This document shows positions 37,940 through 46,804 of a stretch of 64,000 nt of DNA, in pieces. This DNA is from Ostreococcus lucimarinus (taxonomy: Eukaryota), in the NCBI GenBank assembly GCA_000092065.1, contig CP000589.1; one strand, 5' to 3'. The notes under the pieces are model-generated. The model saw nothing but the letters and a program-made list of their open reading frames with translations. It did not search any database and had not been told where the DNA came from. The position numbers and the translations under genes are program-made. How positions within the stretch are numbered: position 1 is the stretch's first letter; each line of letters begins with the position of its first letter.

Positions 37940-38067
37940 TAGGGAGTTGTGATGATACAGAATGTACAATATATATTCATAAATACGAAGTCTCGATATT
38001 ACCGCGGATGGCGCGCCGTCGGCGCTGAGCGGCGCTTCTCGTAGTTGACTACACCGGTGTACACTTG

Positions 38068-39255
38068 CTAATAGCCAGCCAAGTCCATCAAATTAATTTC
38101 GCTTTGGCAGTGACGCATCTGCTTCGTGCGTCTTAAGCCACTGGGGAGAGGTAAGGTCTCTGGGATCGTGGGTGGATGCAGCGCCGGCGCGCCCGAGTCG
38201 CGAAGAATCTCGTATCGCATCGACTGAACATCCAACTTATCGTCATGCGACGCGTCAGAGTTCGACAAACGATCATCTGAGATGCGCCGTTTAGAGTTTT
38301 GTTGATGTAGCTGCTGATCGTCGAGCGTTGTGTGCTTCATCGGTGCGAAAGATAGGGGCTTTGCGTTGTCCTCATCCTCAACCAACGCCGACAAGTCTGG
38401 ACAGCTTTGAAATGACTTTAGCGCTGAAGTCTTCTCATCCGGATTAGCCTTAACGAAACGACCCTTCACGCGAACGCGCGCGTCTGCGAGCGTTTTACGG
38501 CATTCATAGCGCACCACTTTCTTCAACCCCATCAATCGACGCTCGCGCTTGGCGCGATATCTGTCGAGCTGCGCTTGGCGCTCCTTGCTCACCACGCGTC
38601 GAGGGATGCCGAAGAGATCGCTCGACATCGGCATCATTATGGGTGGAAAAGCCCCGGGTGGATAGGAACCTACCGTCTCTGCGGGCCCACGCTGCGCCGC
38701 GGGCAGTCCCAATCCAAGAGGCGACGGTCGCGGAGTGAAATTATCTCTCGCGCTCTTCGAGACGTACGCCTTGGCGGCGGCTTGATTCGGGCTCACCGCT
38801 TGAATCTGATCCGCCACCGCCTCCAGAGCGGCGGAAATAGACGCCGCATCGCCATCGAATAAAAGCGCCGACTCTGTTTCGGGCATCTCCAGCAAAGAAG
38901 CCAACGGATCGTCGTCCAAATCGAAAATCATCGTGTCGCTATTACTCGACATTCGCGGCGCCCTTGGACTCGTATCCTCTTCTCCGTTCTCACCTAAATT
39001 CAAAAACACGCCCACATCCCACGCACTGATCGTCGCGTCCATGCTCGACGTCGAATCGTGCGTCGTCGTCTTCGCATCGTCCCTCTTAAACAAACTGAAA
39101 CTCTTCTCCCTCAAACTCTCGCTCGTCCCGCGTCCTCGTCCGTCCTCGTCCTCGCGCCTCGCGCTCGCCGTCGCGCTCGCCGCCGCTTTCCAATCCCCGC
39201 ACTCCTTCGCCTCACTCAATCCCGCCTCGAGCGTTCGTTTATACCACTCATCCAC
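38068..39255 (-). CDS. CCT-motif protein (CONSTANS/TOC1-type CCT domain; no receiver domain or B-box seen)
   Basis: RERQAQLDRYRAKRERRLMGLKKVVRYECRKTLADARVRVKGRFVK matches the CCT motif (R...RY.EKR..R.F.KKIRY..RK..A..RPR.KGRFVK). Confidence 0.6.
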   Translation of the reverse strand: MDEWYKRTLEAGLSEAKECGDWKAAASATASARREDEDGRGRGTSESLREKSFSLFKRDDAKTTTHDSTSSMDATISAWDVGVFLNLGENGEEDTSPRAPRMSSNSDTMIFDLDDDPLASLLEMPETESALLFDGDAASISAALEAVADQIQAVSPNQAAAKAYVSKSARDNFTPRPSPLGLGLPAAQRGPAETVGSYPPGAFPPIMMPMSSDLFGIPRRVVSKERQAQLDRYRAKRERRLMGLKKVVRYECRKTLADARVRVKGRFVKANPDEKTSALKSFQSCPDLSALVEDEDNAKPLSFAPMKHTTLDDQQLHQQNSKRRISDDRLSNSDASHDDKLDVQSMRYEILRDSGAPALHPPTIPETLPLPSGLRRTKQMRHCQSEINLMDLAGY

Positions 39256-39830
39256 CGTGATCCTCTCGTGTCTCGCCGCGACCTACGGCGTTCAACCGCG
39301 TCCCGATCGTCAGTCCGTCGCGTCGTCGTCTCGCGCGCCCAGTCGACATCGCTCGTTCGCGCGCGCGTTCGTTTCGCGAATATCCGCGCGCGCGCGCACC
39401 GCGTTCGCCCCGTGCACGCGCGCGTCGCACGTCGCGCACAGGAACGCCTCTGCGCCGAATCGAAGCGCGATCGCGGGCGTAAAAAATCAGTCCCAATCCT
39501 CGTCGCGCGCGTCTCTCGTCGCGCGCGTCGCGCGTCTCTCGTCTCTCGTCTCTCGTCGTCGTCGTCCATCCGCGTCAGCGCGCATCGTGTCGCCGCGCGC
39601 GCGTCCATCCGCGTCTTTTTCGCGCGTTCGCGACGCGTCTCTCGTCGCGCGCGCGCACCGTCGGCGAGACAAAATATATCGGCGTCGCGCGCGCGACACG
39701 CCGCGCACGCGGGCATCGCGACGGCCGCGGCGTCGTGTCGCGCGCGCGATGGCGCGATGGCGCGCGTCACCGTCACACGGAGACACGCGGATCAACGACT
39801 TTGTCGAGACTCGGATAAACACACGGATCT

Positions 39831-41198
39831 GTGGACATCGATCGTCGACGCCGCGCCGCGCCGCGCGACTCGACGACGCGACGCGACGCGACGCGATTCG
39901 GGACGCGTCGAATGTCGTCGCGCGTCGTCGCGCGTCCGACGGTCGCGCGCGACGCGCGGCGCGCGCGCGCGGGCGCGATGGATGGGCGACGAAGGCTGCC
40001 GACGACGACGCGGGGACGACGCGAGCGGACGCGCGCGGGCGCGGGCGCGCCCGGAATCGACGAGATGCTCGACGGACGCGAGCGGAAGTATTACATGGTC
40101 GGAGGCAAGGGCGGGGTCGGGAAGACGTCGCTGTCGAGCTCGCTCGCGGTGAAGTTCGCGAGCGCCGGGCACGAGACGCTGGTGGTGAGCACGGACCCGG
40201 CGCACTCGCTGAGCGATTCGTTGGCGCAGAACGTCAGGGGAGGGCAGCCGGTGGAGGTGAACGATACGGATGGGATGCTGTACGCGCTGGAGATCGATCC
40301 GGAGAGCGCGAAGGCGGAGTTTACGCAATTCGCGCGGGCGACGGACATGAGCGGGGGGGCGAGAGATTTTATGAGCTCGGTCGGTTTGGGCGGGTTCGCG
40401 GACTCGATCGCGGATTTGAAGCTCGGGGAGCTCTTAGACACGCCGCCGCCGGGGTTGGACGAGGCGATCGCGATCGCCAAGGTGTTGCAGTTTACGAAGG
40501 ATGAGAAATTTAGCAAGTTTACGCGCATCGTCTTCGACACGGCGCCGACGGGGCACACGCTGCGGTTGCTGTCGCTTCCGGATTTCCTCGACGCGTCGAT
40601 CGGGAAGATCGTGCGATTACGTCAAAAGCTCACGAGCGCGACGGATGCGGTGAAGGGGATCTTCGGCGTGGGTGAGGACAAGCAGGACGACGCGGTGGAG
40701 AAGCTCGAAAAGCTCAAGGCGCAAGTCAAGGAAGTGCGCACGCTGTTTCGAAACAAAGACACCACCGAATTCATCATCGTCACCATCCCCACGGTGCTAG
40801 GCGTGAGCGAATCGGGCCGCTTGTTACAAAGCCTTCGCGACGAGGACGTGCCGTGCAAGCGGTTAATCGTCAACCAAGTGCTCAAGGTGAACGTCGACGA
40901 CTTTAAAGCCACCGCCGCCGAGGCGCGAGACGCCCAAGACGCCCTCGTCGCGCGATTATCCGGCGACGACGCGGAGGCGTTACAAAAGTACGTCGATTTG
41001 AACGCCAAAGCCTTGAAAGCGGCGCAGGCCGCGGTGACGTTTTGCAGCGTCAAGGAAAAAGACCAGACGCGCGCGTTGCAAATGTGCGAAGAAGACGCGG
41101 GATTAAACTCTCTCAATCGCACCGACGCGCCGCTGTTTGACATGGAAATTCGCGGCGTTCCGGCGTTGAAATTCTTCGGCGACCAAGTGTGGCGATAG
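39831..41198 (+). CDS. GET3: GET3/ArsA-family ATPase (tail-anchored protein targeting factor), N-terminal presequence
   Basis: YYMVGGKGGVGKTSLSSSLA (P-loop), LVVSTDPAHSLSD, FDTAPTGHTLRLL, coiled C-terminal region. Alternative starts at 39912 and 39978. Confidence 0.8.
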   Translation: MDIDRRRRAAPRDSTTRRDATRFGTRRMSSRVVARPTVARDARRARAGAMDGRRRLPTTTRGRRERTRAGAGAPGIDEMLDGRERKYYMVGGKGGVGKTSLSSSLAVKFASAGHETLVVSTDPAHSLSDSLAQNVRGGQPVEVNDTDGMLYALEIDPESAKAEFTQFARATDMSGGARDFMSSVGLGGFADSIADLKLGELLDTPPPGLDEAIAIAKVLQFTKDEKFSKFTRIVFDTAPTGHTLRLLSLPDFLDASIGKIVRLRQKLTSATDAVKGIFGVGEDKQDDAVEKLEKLKAQVKEVRTLFRNKDTTEFIIVTIPTVLGVSESGRLLQSLRDEDVPCKRLIVNQVLKVNVDDFKATAAEARDAQDALVARLSGDDAEALQKYVDLNAKALKAAQAAVTFCSVKEKDQTRALQMCEEDAGLNSLNRTDAPLFDMEIRGVPALKFFGDQVWR

Positions 41199-41332
41199 TT
41201 AGTCTCGTCGCGCGTCGAGATCGCGCGCGCTGTCATTATTACGCTTTCAATTTGTTTCGTCTCGCCGCCTCGCCGTCGCGCCTCGACCGCACTTTCGCGC
41301 GCCCCGTCTCGACTCCCACCGCGCGCGTCGCC

Positions 41333-42192
41333 ATGAATCAGGCGGACGTGGACAAACAGATCAACCAGGTCCGTCGCGTCTCCCGTCGTCGCGCCTCGAC
41401 GACGTCGCCATCGCGCGCGGCCACCGCTCGTCGATCTCGCGACGGAAACCGAGCGCGCGAAACGCGTCCACGCGCGACGACTGACGGCTCCGTCGCGCCC
41501 GCGCGACGCACGCGCAGATGGTGCAGTTCATCAAGCAAGAGGCGAACGAGAAGGCGCGCGAGATCGCCATCGCGACCGAGGAGGAGTTTAACATCGAAAA
41601 GCTCTCCATGGTGGATGGGGAAAAGATCAAAATAGCGAAGGAGTACGAACGAAAAGAAACCACCGTGGACACGGCGAAGAAGATCGAGGCGTCGACGGGG
41701 CGAAACGCGATGCGGTTGAAGGTGCTGAGCGCGCGGGCGCAGGCGATGGAGACGGTGGTGGAGGAAGCGCGCGCGAAACTGGCGGAGACGAGCGCGGACG
41801 CCGGACGATACCGGACGCTGATGACGGCGTTGATCGTGCAAGGGGCGCGAAAACTCGGCGATGCGAGCGTGCGCGTGCGATGCCGGGAGTGCGATGCGGC
41901 GGTGGCGCGCGAGGCGGTGGCGGCGGCGGCGGCGGAGATGCCCGGGACGACGGTGACGTTGGACGAGTCGTCGAGTCTGCCGGCGGCGCCCGCGTGTTCG
42001 GGCGGCGTCGAAGTCGCGAACTCGACGGGTAAGATCGTGTGCGATAACACCCTGGACGCACGCTTGCGTATCGCGTACGAAAACGGTACCCCGGCGATTC
42101 GGGCGAAGATTTTCGGCGAGTCGAGCGCCGACGCCTCCGCGCGCGAGCGCGCCGCGGTTCCCGCCTCCGCGCCCAATTTAATCGCTCTTTAA
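41333..42192 (+). CDS. V-type ATPase subunit E, two-exon model: exon 1 41333..41368, intron 41369..41517 (GTCCGT...CTGAC...CGCAG), exon 2 41518..42192
   Basis: Exon 1 MNQADVDKQINQ plus exon 2 MVQFIKQEANEKAREIAIATEEEFNIEKLSMVDGEKIKIAKEYERKE...CDNTLDARL reconstitutes the conserved V-ATPase E N-terminus (MNDADVSKQIQQMVRFIRQEAEEKANEI...EEEFNIEKLQLVEAEKKKIRQEYERKE). Both junctions are phase 0. Confidence 0.75.
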
Positions 42193-42274
42193 CCCCTCGC
42201 CCCTCGCGCGCGCCGCGCGCCGCGATCTCTACACGCATCTCTAGCCATTGTTACAATCCTATCGAATCGAATCA

Positions 42275-42610
42275 CTACTTGAACGTCGTCGGCGCCTTGG
42301 CCAACCTTCCGCTCGCCGTCGTTCTGATTTGCTCCGCCTCCGCCGCCAACTCCTCCACCACCTGCGAGCTCGCGCTGCTCACGCTGAACGTCCGCTCCTC
42401 CGTCTTGAACGGTTTCACCCTCTTCTGCGCCTGCTGTTTGCTCTGCGCCAGCGCCAGTTCGAACCCTCTGAGGACGTTTCCTCCCGAGCTGTGATCGGTG
42501 AGCAGCGACGTCTCGAGGTCGTACACCTGACGCTCGATCTCCGCCGCGTCGGCCTCGATCTTGGCGCGGCGCTGCTTGAGGTGCGTCATCGTCGCGTTCT
42601 TTTCGCTCAT
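42275..42610 (-). CDS. EAF6: EAF6 (NuA4/HBO1 acetyltransferase complex subunit)
   Basis: LKQRRAKIEADAAEIERQVYDLETSLLTDHSSGGNVLRGFE...KPFKTEERTFSVSSASS is collinear with MEAF6 ([41 protein letters not shown]...KFKEAERLFSKSSVTS). Start at MSEKNAT; the 5' part of the ORF is low-complexity. Confidence 0.65.
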   Translation of the reverse strand: MSEKNATMTHLKQRRAKIEADAAEIERQVYDLETSLLTDHSSGGNVLRGFELALAQSKQQAQKRVKPFKTEERTFSVSSASSQVVEELAAEAEQIRTTASGRLAKAPTTFK

Positions 42611-42772
42611 CGCTCGTCGCGTCGCGCGGGCGAGGCGGGCGAGGTGTGCGGAACGCGAATGAATTCGGTTCGGCATGCATTCATTCTCACGCGCAGCGCG
42701 GCGACTCGGCGAGACGGCGGCGGCGCGGCTACGCGCCACGCGTGGACCCGGCGTTGGACGTCTGAGAGGACG

Positions 42773-44332
42773 CTAAGGACCCGGACGCGCGAGTAACACC
42801 CCGACCAAGGCTTCGTGGTAATCGACGCTCGCGGGGGAGGACTTTAAGCGCTCGGGGAGGGCGTCGGCGAGCGCGCGCTGCGCGGCGACGACGGAGACGC
42901 CGACGGGCGGCGGGAGCGGCGGACCACGGCGAGGGGAATCGCACAGACCCAGACGCTGGCGCAGGGCGAGATTTTCAGCCTGCGCGCGCGCGTGCGCGTC
43001 CACCATGTCGGAGGGGTGCCGCGAAGGGAACACGCAGTCGGCGTGGTCGTTTTCAAATTTGACGTTGACGCACACGGCGCGAGGGATTTGAGCGTCGCGA
43101 ACGCACACCAAGCCGTCGCTGGGCTCGCCGTAGCGATTGTCGATGTAGCGCGCGGATGGAAACAAACCGGCCGCGGCGGATTTCGTCGCCGTGGCGAAGG
43201 ACACCACGGGATAGTGACTCGGAATGGGGTGCGCGGCGAGAAAAGCGCGACGTTCGCGATACGTCAAGTCGCGAATAGGCTCGAGCAATCGAGCGCCGTC
43301 GCCTTTGGGCGCGCTCACCAAAATTTCAAGAAGCGAAGCGACGGGGTCCGCCAACGGCGCGCTGAGTAAATCGGTCGCGATGGGTGACCCTCCGAACGGG
43401 CTTTGCACCGCGATTAAACCGCGCACGAGCTTTCGTAGTCTGTCGTCGTGCAACGCGAGCGCCGCGCCTCCGTCGACGCCGCCCTTCGAGTGTCCAATGA
43501 TCACGACACGTTTCCCAGTCTCGGCGTGAATATCTTCAATCTCGCGCGCCAGTGCCTTTGCGTTCGTTACGACCGCGCCTTCGCCATCGACCAAACGCGA
43601 GATGCGACACTGCGCTCCGCGGTCTCGGAACGCCTGCTCAACGTCGGCGTAGTATCGCGGATAGTACGATCCAAACAAACCTGGCACGAGCAGATAAAAG
43701 TACTCCGCACCCGTCGCGAGCACGCTCCCAGGACGCGCTAAAACTCCTTCCAAAGCTTCCTCGAACGCCGATTCGCCGTCGATCGTCGTTTCCGCCGCCT
43801 CGTCGTCCAACCATCCGACGTCGCCTCGACTCGCCGCCGTGCTCGCGAGCGCGTTCGACATCTGCCGCATCAAATCCGCCGGCACCTCCGTCCAAGACGC
43901 TCGCGCGTCGACGAACGCTCTCGCTGCCTCGCGCGCCGCGCGTAGTCTCGCGACGCTGTCGCCCGCGGCGGCGTCGAGCCACTCCGCCGCCGCCGCCGCC
44001 GCCGGCAAGTCGCGCGCGCGTCGCAGCGCCGCGAGCGCCTCGCCCAGCGCCTCCGCGTCGACGAACGCGCCGCTGTCGACGAATGGAAACCGCGACCTCG
44101 CCGGTGGCGCCGCGACGTCCGTAGCTTCCGTCGCGTCCGTCGCGTCGTCGTTTCCGTCGTCATCGTTCTCGAGCGTGTCTTCGCCAAGTTTCGACGACGA
44201 CGACGTCGCGACGTCGCGTCGCGCGGCCGCGCGCGACGAACGAGCGCGTTGCGGTACGTTCGCTCGGACTGGTGCGAGGCGCGCGCGCGCGAGGGCGAGG
44301 CGCATGAGGACGACGGACGCGATGTGACGACG
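42773..44332 (-). CDS. alpha/beta-hydrolase, lipase-like, with N-terminal presequence
   Basis: YFYLLVPGLFGSYYPRYY...RVVIIGHSKGGVDGGAALAL...GLIAVQSPFGGSP: GHSKGG nucleophile elbow in a lipase-type scaffold. Start set at MRLALARAR (44332) because the 651-aa ORF would overlap the upstream gene. Confidence 0.45.
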   Translation of the reverse strand, partial: RRHIASVVLMRLALARARLAPVRANVPQRARSSRAAARRDVATSSSSKLGEDTLENDDDGNDDATDATEATDVAAPPARSRFPFVDSGAFVDAEALGEALAALRRARDLPAAAAAAEWLDAAAGDSVARLRAAREAARAFVDARASWTEVPADLMRQMSNALASTAASRGDVGWLDDEAAETTIDGESAFEEALEGVLARPGSVLATGAEYFYLLVPGLFGSYYPRYYADVEQAFRDRGAQCRISRLVDGEGAVVTNAKALAREIEDIHAETGKRVVIIGHSKGGVDGGAALALHDDRLRKLVRGLIAVQSPFGGSPIATDLLSAPLADPVASLLEILVSAPKGDGARLLEPIRDLTYRERRAFLAAHPIPSHYPVVSFATATKSAAAGLFPSARYIDNRYGEPSDGLVCVRDAQIPRAVCVNVKFENDHADCVFPSRHPSDMVDAHARAQAENLALRQRLGLCDSPRRGPPLPPPVGVSVVAAQRALADALPERLKSSPASVDYHEALVGVLLARPGP

Positions 44333-44351
44333 CGACGCGACAGTTACTCCG

Positions 44352-46688
44352 TTACACGCGAAAGGACTTTGCGATCGCCTCGATCGCCTCGATGGCGCTA
44401 GATTCCACCCGGTCGTTGTGTGCGATCGATTGCTTGAGGGCACGGATGATATCGCGCGCGGGCGCGACGGCGGGCGGCGCGGCGCGGAGCCAGTCGGCGG
44501 GGAGGACGTCGACGACGGCTTGAAGCGACGCCGCGCACGCGGCTGGATCCACGAGCTGTAAACGCACGTAAGGGATGACTTGGGCGCCGATGATGCCGTC
44601 GGCGACGATGCGCTGAAGCGCGGCGCGGTCGACAATATCTTCAAACGCGAATGCGCTTCGAACGAGATCCAAAGCGAGTCGGAATTGAGCTTGGGCGTGA
44701 CGTGCGGCGTTTGGCGCGCACGTGGCAACTATTGGCGAATACGTCGGTACCGCGCATTCCTCTGCGCATCGCTTCAGTCGACGTTGTAACGCGATGACAA
44801 TCTCCTTTGCCTCTTCGTTCGCGCTCGGTTCGACGTAGACGAAGATATCCTTGAGCGTAGACGCCAGAGCGCGCGATTGCGCCGGATCTCGCGGTTCCCA
44901 CCACTCTTCCACAGCCTCCGATGCGATCGGTAAAACGACGTGCTGCACCATGTTGGGCAACAAATTCGCATCTTCGTCACCTTCGTCGATTTTTCCATCA
45001 ATCACGCCGTAGTCGAACAGTTGTCCGTACCAAGACATTGCGTCCAACGCGCCTGGCGCAGTTTTCCCAGCGAGCGGAAACAACGGAGACCATCCAATCA
45101 GTTCCAATCGCACGAAAGGAGCGAAGAGATTAGGGACGGAGACCGACATATACGTGCTCTTATACGAACCAAGGTGCGTGCGCTTCCATTCCTCGGCGTG
45201 CCTTTTCACCGCGCTGAGCGTCGAGAACTCTTCTGACGCGTCCTTGAGCATCGAGCTCGCCGCGTCTCTGGCGTCCGCCCAATCTTTGTGAAGCAATCCG
45301 ACCTCGCGTTCGTCCTCAGCGACCGCCATTGCCGTGTCGCTCGACTCACGTCGCTTTGATCGCGCCTTGACTTTTTCCCGCATCGCGATGTTCAAGTCTC
45401 TGCCCATGTCGTCCAACTTTTCACCGTGCAAACCTTTGGCGTTGAACACGGCGTCCCGAATAGCCGTCACCGCAGTCGCCTTCGCCTCGGTCTGCGAACC
45501 GCTGCGTTGTAACACTGCGTTCACCGCTTCCGCCGCGGCTTCCGCTTCGATCGCGCTCTCCTCGAACTCGGCATTCATCGCCTGCGTCAGCGCTTGCGCT
45601 CGTTCCGCGTGGAATTTTCTATAATGCTCCTCGAGCTCGTCTAAGATGAGCTTCTTTTCGTGCAGCATGGCGCACGCGTCTCTAAAGTAATCGCGCAACT
45701 TTTGAGTGAACACGTATCGCTCACTCGCATCCTTGAGCTCCTTCTCGTAAAACGCCAAAGCCTCTTGACTCTTCACCGCGTTTTCGTCGGCGCGAGTCGC
45801 CTCCCTTCTCGCCGTCTCGCTCGACGACTCCGCTGCCTCCAACGCGCGTTTCAAACTTTCGAACGCTTCCATACCACCTCGTTCGATCGAAACCCCAGTA
45901 CCCGCCCGCTCCATCGTCGCTCGCGCGTCCCGAGCGCTTCGACGCATCTCCGGCTCGTCCCTGAACACGCGTTGCAACTGCGCGCGCTCAAACTCATCGT
46001 CGTCGCTCCCCGGCAAGATATCACCCTCCACGTACCCCGCATACCTATCTCGCGCACCACCGTCTCGCACGCTCTTAAACGCCACGCGCTCTCGGCGTCC
46101 GCCGCTAGAATCTAAGTCGACGTAATCCGCCGCCGTCGATTTCGCCCTCGCCGCCTCCCGCTTCGCCTTCGCCTCCGCGATCGTCTTCGCGTCCGGAATC
46201 ACCGTTCCCACCCCCCCCGCCGTCTCGCGCGCCGGCGGCGGCGGCGTCCACGCCTCCGCGCTCGTCCCTCCGAAGACGTCGCTCGCCGACCGTCCCGCCG
46301 TCCCGCTCGCCGCCGCGCCCCCCCTGTCCTCCGGTCGATCTCGCAGCGTCGCCTGCTCGCGCCGCAGCGCCGCCAGCGCCGCCGCGTCGTACGTTCGCGT
46401 CTCCCCCGTCGTCGTCGTCGTCGTCCCTCGTCGCGCGTCCATCGCCGCGACGCCTCGTCGTCTCGTCGCCTTCGCCGCGCGCGCGTCGCCGCCGCCGCCG
46501 CCGTCGTCCTCGTCGTCGTCGCGCGGCGCGTCGTCCTCGAACGACAGCAGCGCGCGCGCGCTCGACGCTTTCTTTCGCGCGCGCGGCGTCGTCGTCGCCG
46601 GCGTCGCGTCGTCGCCGTCGCGCGTCGCGTCGCCGTCGCGCGTTCGATTCGCCGACGACGATTTCGTCGCGCGACGACGGAACGCCAT
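44352..46688 (-). CDS. coiled-coil protein, possibly GCFC-domain / PAXBP1-like (identity uncertain)
   Basis: Long charged coiled-coil middle (EALAFYEKELKDASERYVFTQKLRDYFRDACAMLHEKK...) and a C-terminal region (STYMSVSVPNLFAPFVRLELIGWSPLFP) reminiscent of GCFC-family proteins. Start at MAFRRRATK (46688). Confidence 0.35.
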   Translation of the reverse strand: MAFRRRATKSSSANRTRDGDATRDGDDATPATTTPRARKKASSARALLSFEDDAPRDDDEDDGGGGGDARAAKATRRRGVAAMDARRGTTTTTTGETRTYDAAALAALRREQATLRDRPEDRGGAAASGTAGRSASDVFGGTSAEAWTPPPPARETAGGVGTVIPDAKTIAEAKAKREAARAKSTAADYVDLDSSGGRRERVAFKSVRDGGARDRYAGYVEGDILPGSDDDEFERAQLQRVFRDEPEMRRSARDARATMERAGTGVSIERGGMEAFESLKRALEAAESSSETARREATRADENAVKSQEALAFYEKELKDASERYVFTQKLRDYFRDACAMLHEKKLILDELEEHYRKFHAERAQALTQAMNAEFEESAIEAEAAAEAVNAVLQRSGSQTEAKATAVTAIRDAVFNAKGLHGEKLDDMGRDLNIAMREKVKARSKRRESSDTAMAVAEDEREVGLLHKDWADARDAASSMLKDASEEFSTLSAVKRHAEEWKRTHLGSYKSTYMSVSVPNLFAPFVRLELIGWSPLFPLAGKTAPGALDAMSWYGQLFDYGVIDGKIDEGDEDANLLPNMVQHVVLPIASEAVEEWWEPRDPAQSRALASTLKDIFVYVEPSANEEAKEIVIALQRRLKRCAEECAVPTYSPIVATCAPNAARHAQAQFRLALDLVRSAFAFEDIVDRAALQRIVADGIIGAQVIPYVRLQLVDPAACAASLQAVVDVLPADWLRAAPPAVAPARDIIRALKQSIAHNDRVESSAIEAIEAIAKSFRV

Positions 46689-46804
46689 CGCGACGCGCGC
46701 GCGCGACGACGGCGCGAAAACGACGGAATCGGCGTCGCGCGTCGCGTCGCGAGAGCGCGTCGCGCGCGCGCGTGTGGCGCGTTCATGAATGAATCGATGC
46801 GTCG

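Noticed and set aside
38933-40152. ORFs 38933..40504 (+) and 39058..40152 (+) of 360 to 520 aa
   Set aside because: Poly-Arg/Ala/Ser low-complexity. The first half is antisense to the CCT gene and the second half is an out-of-frame read of the GET3 gene.
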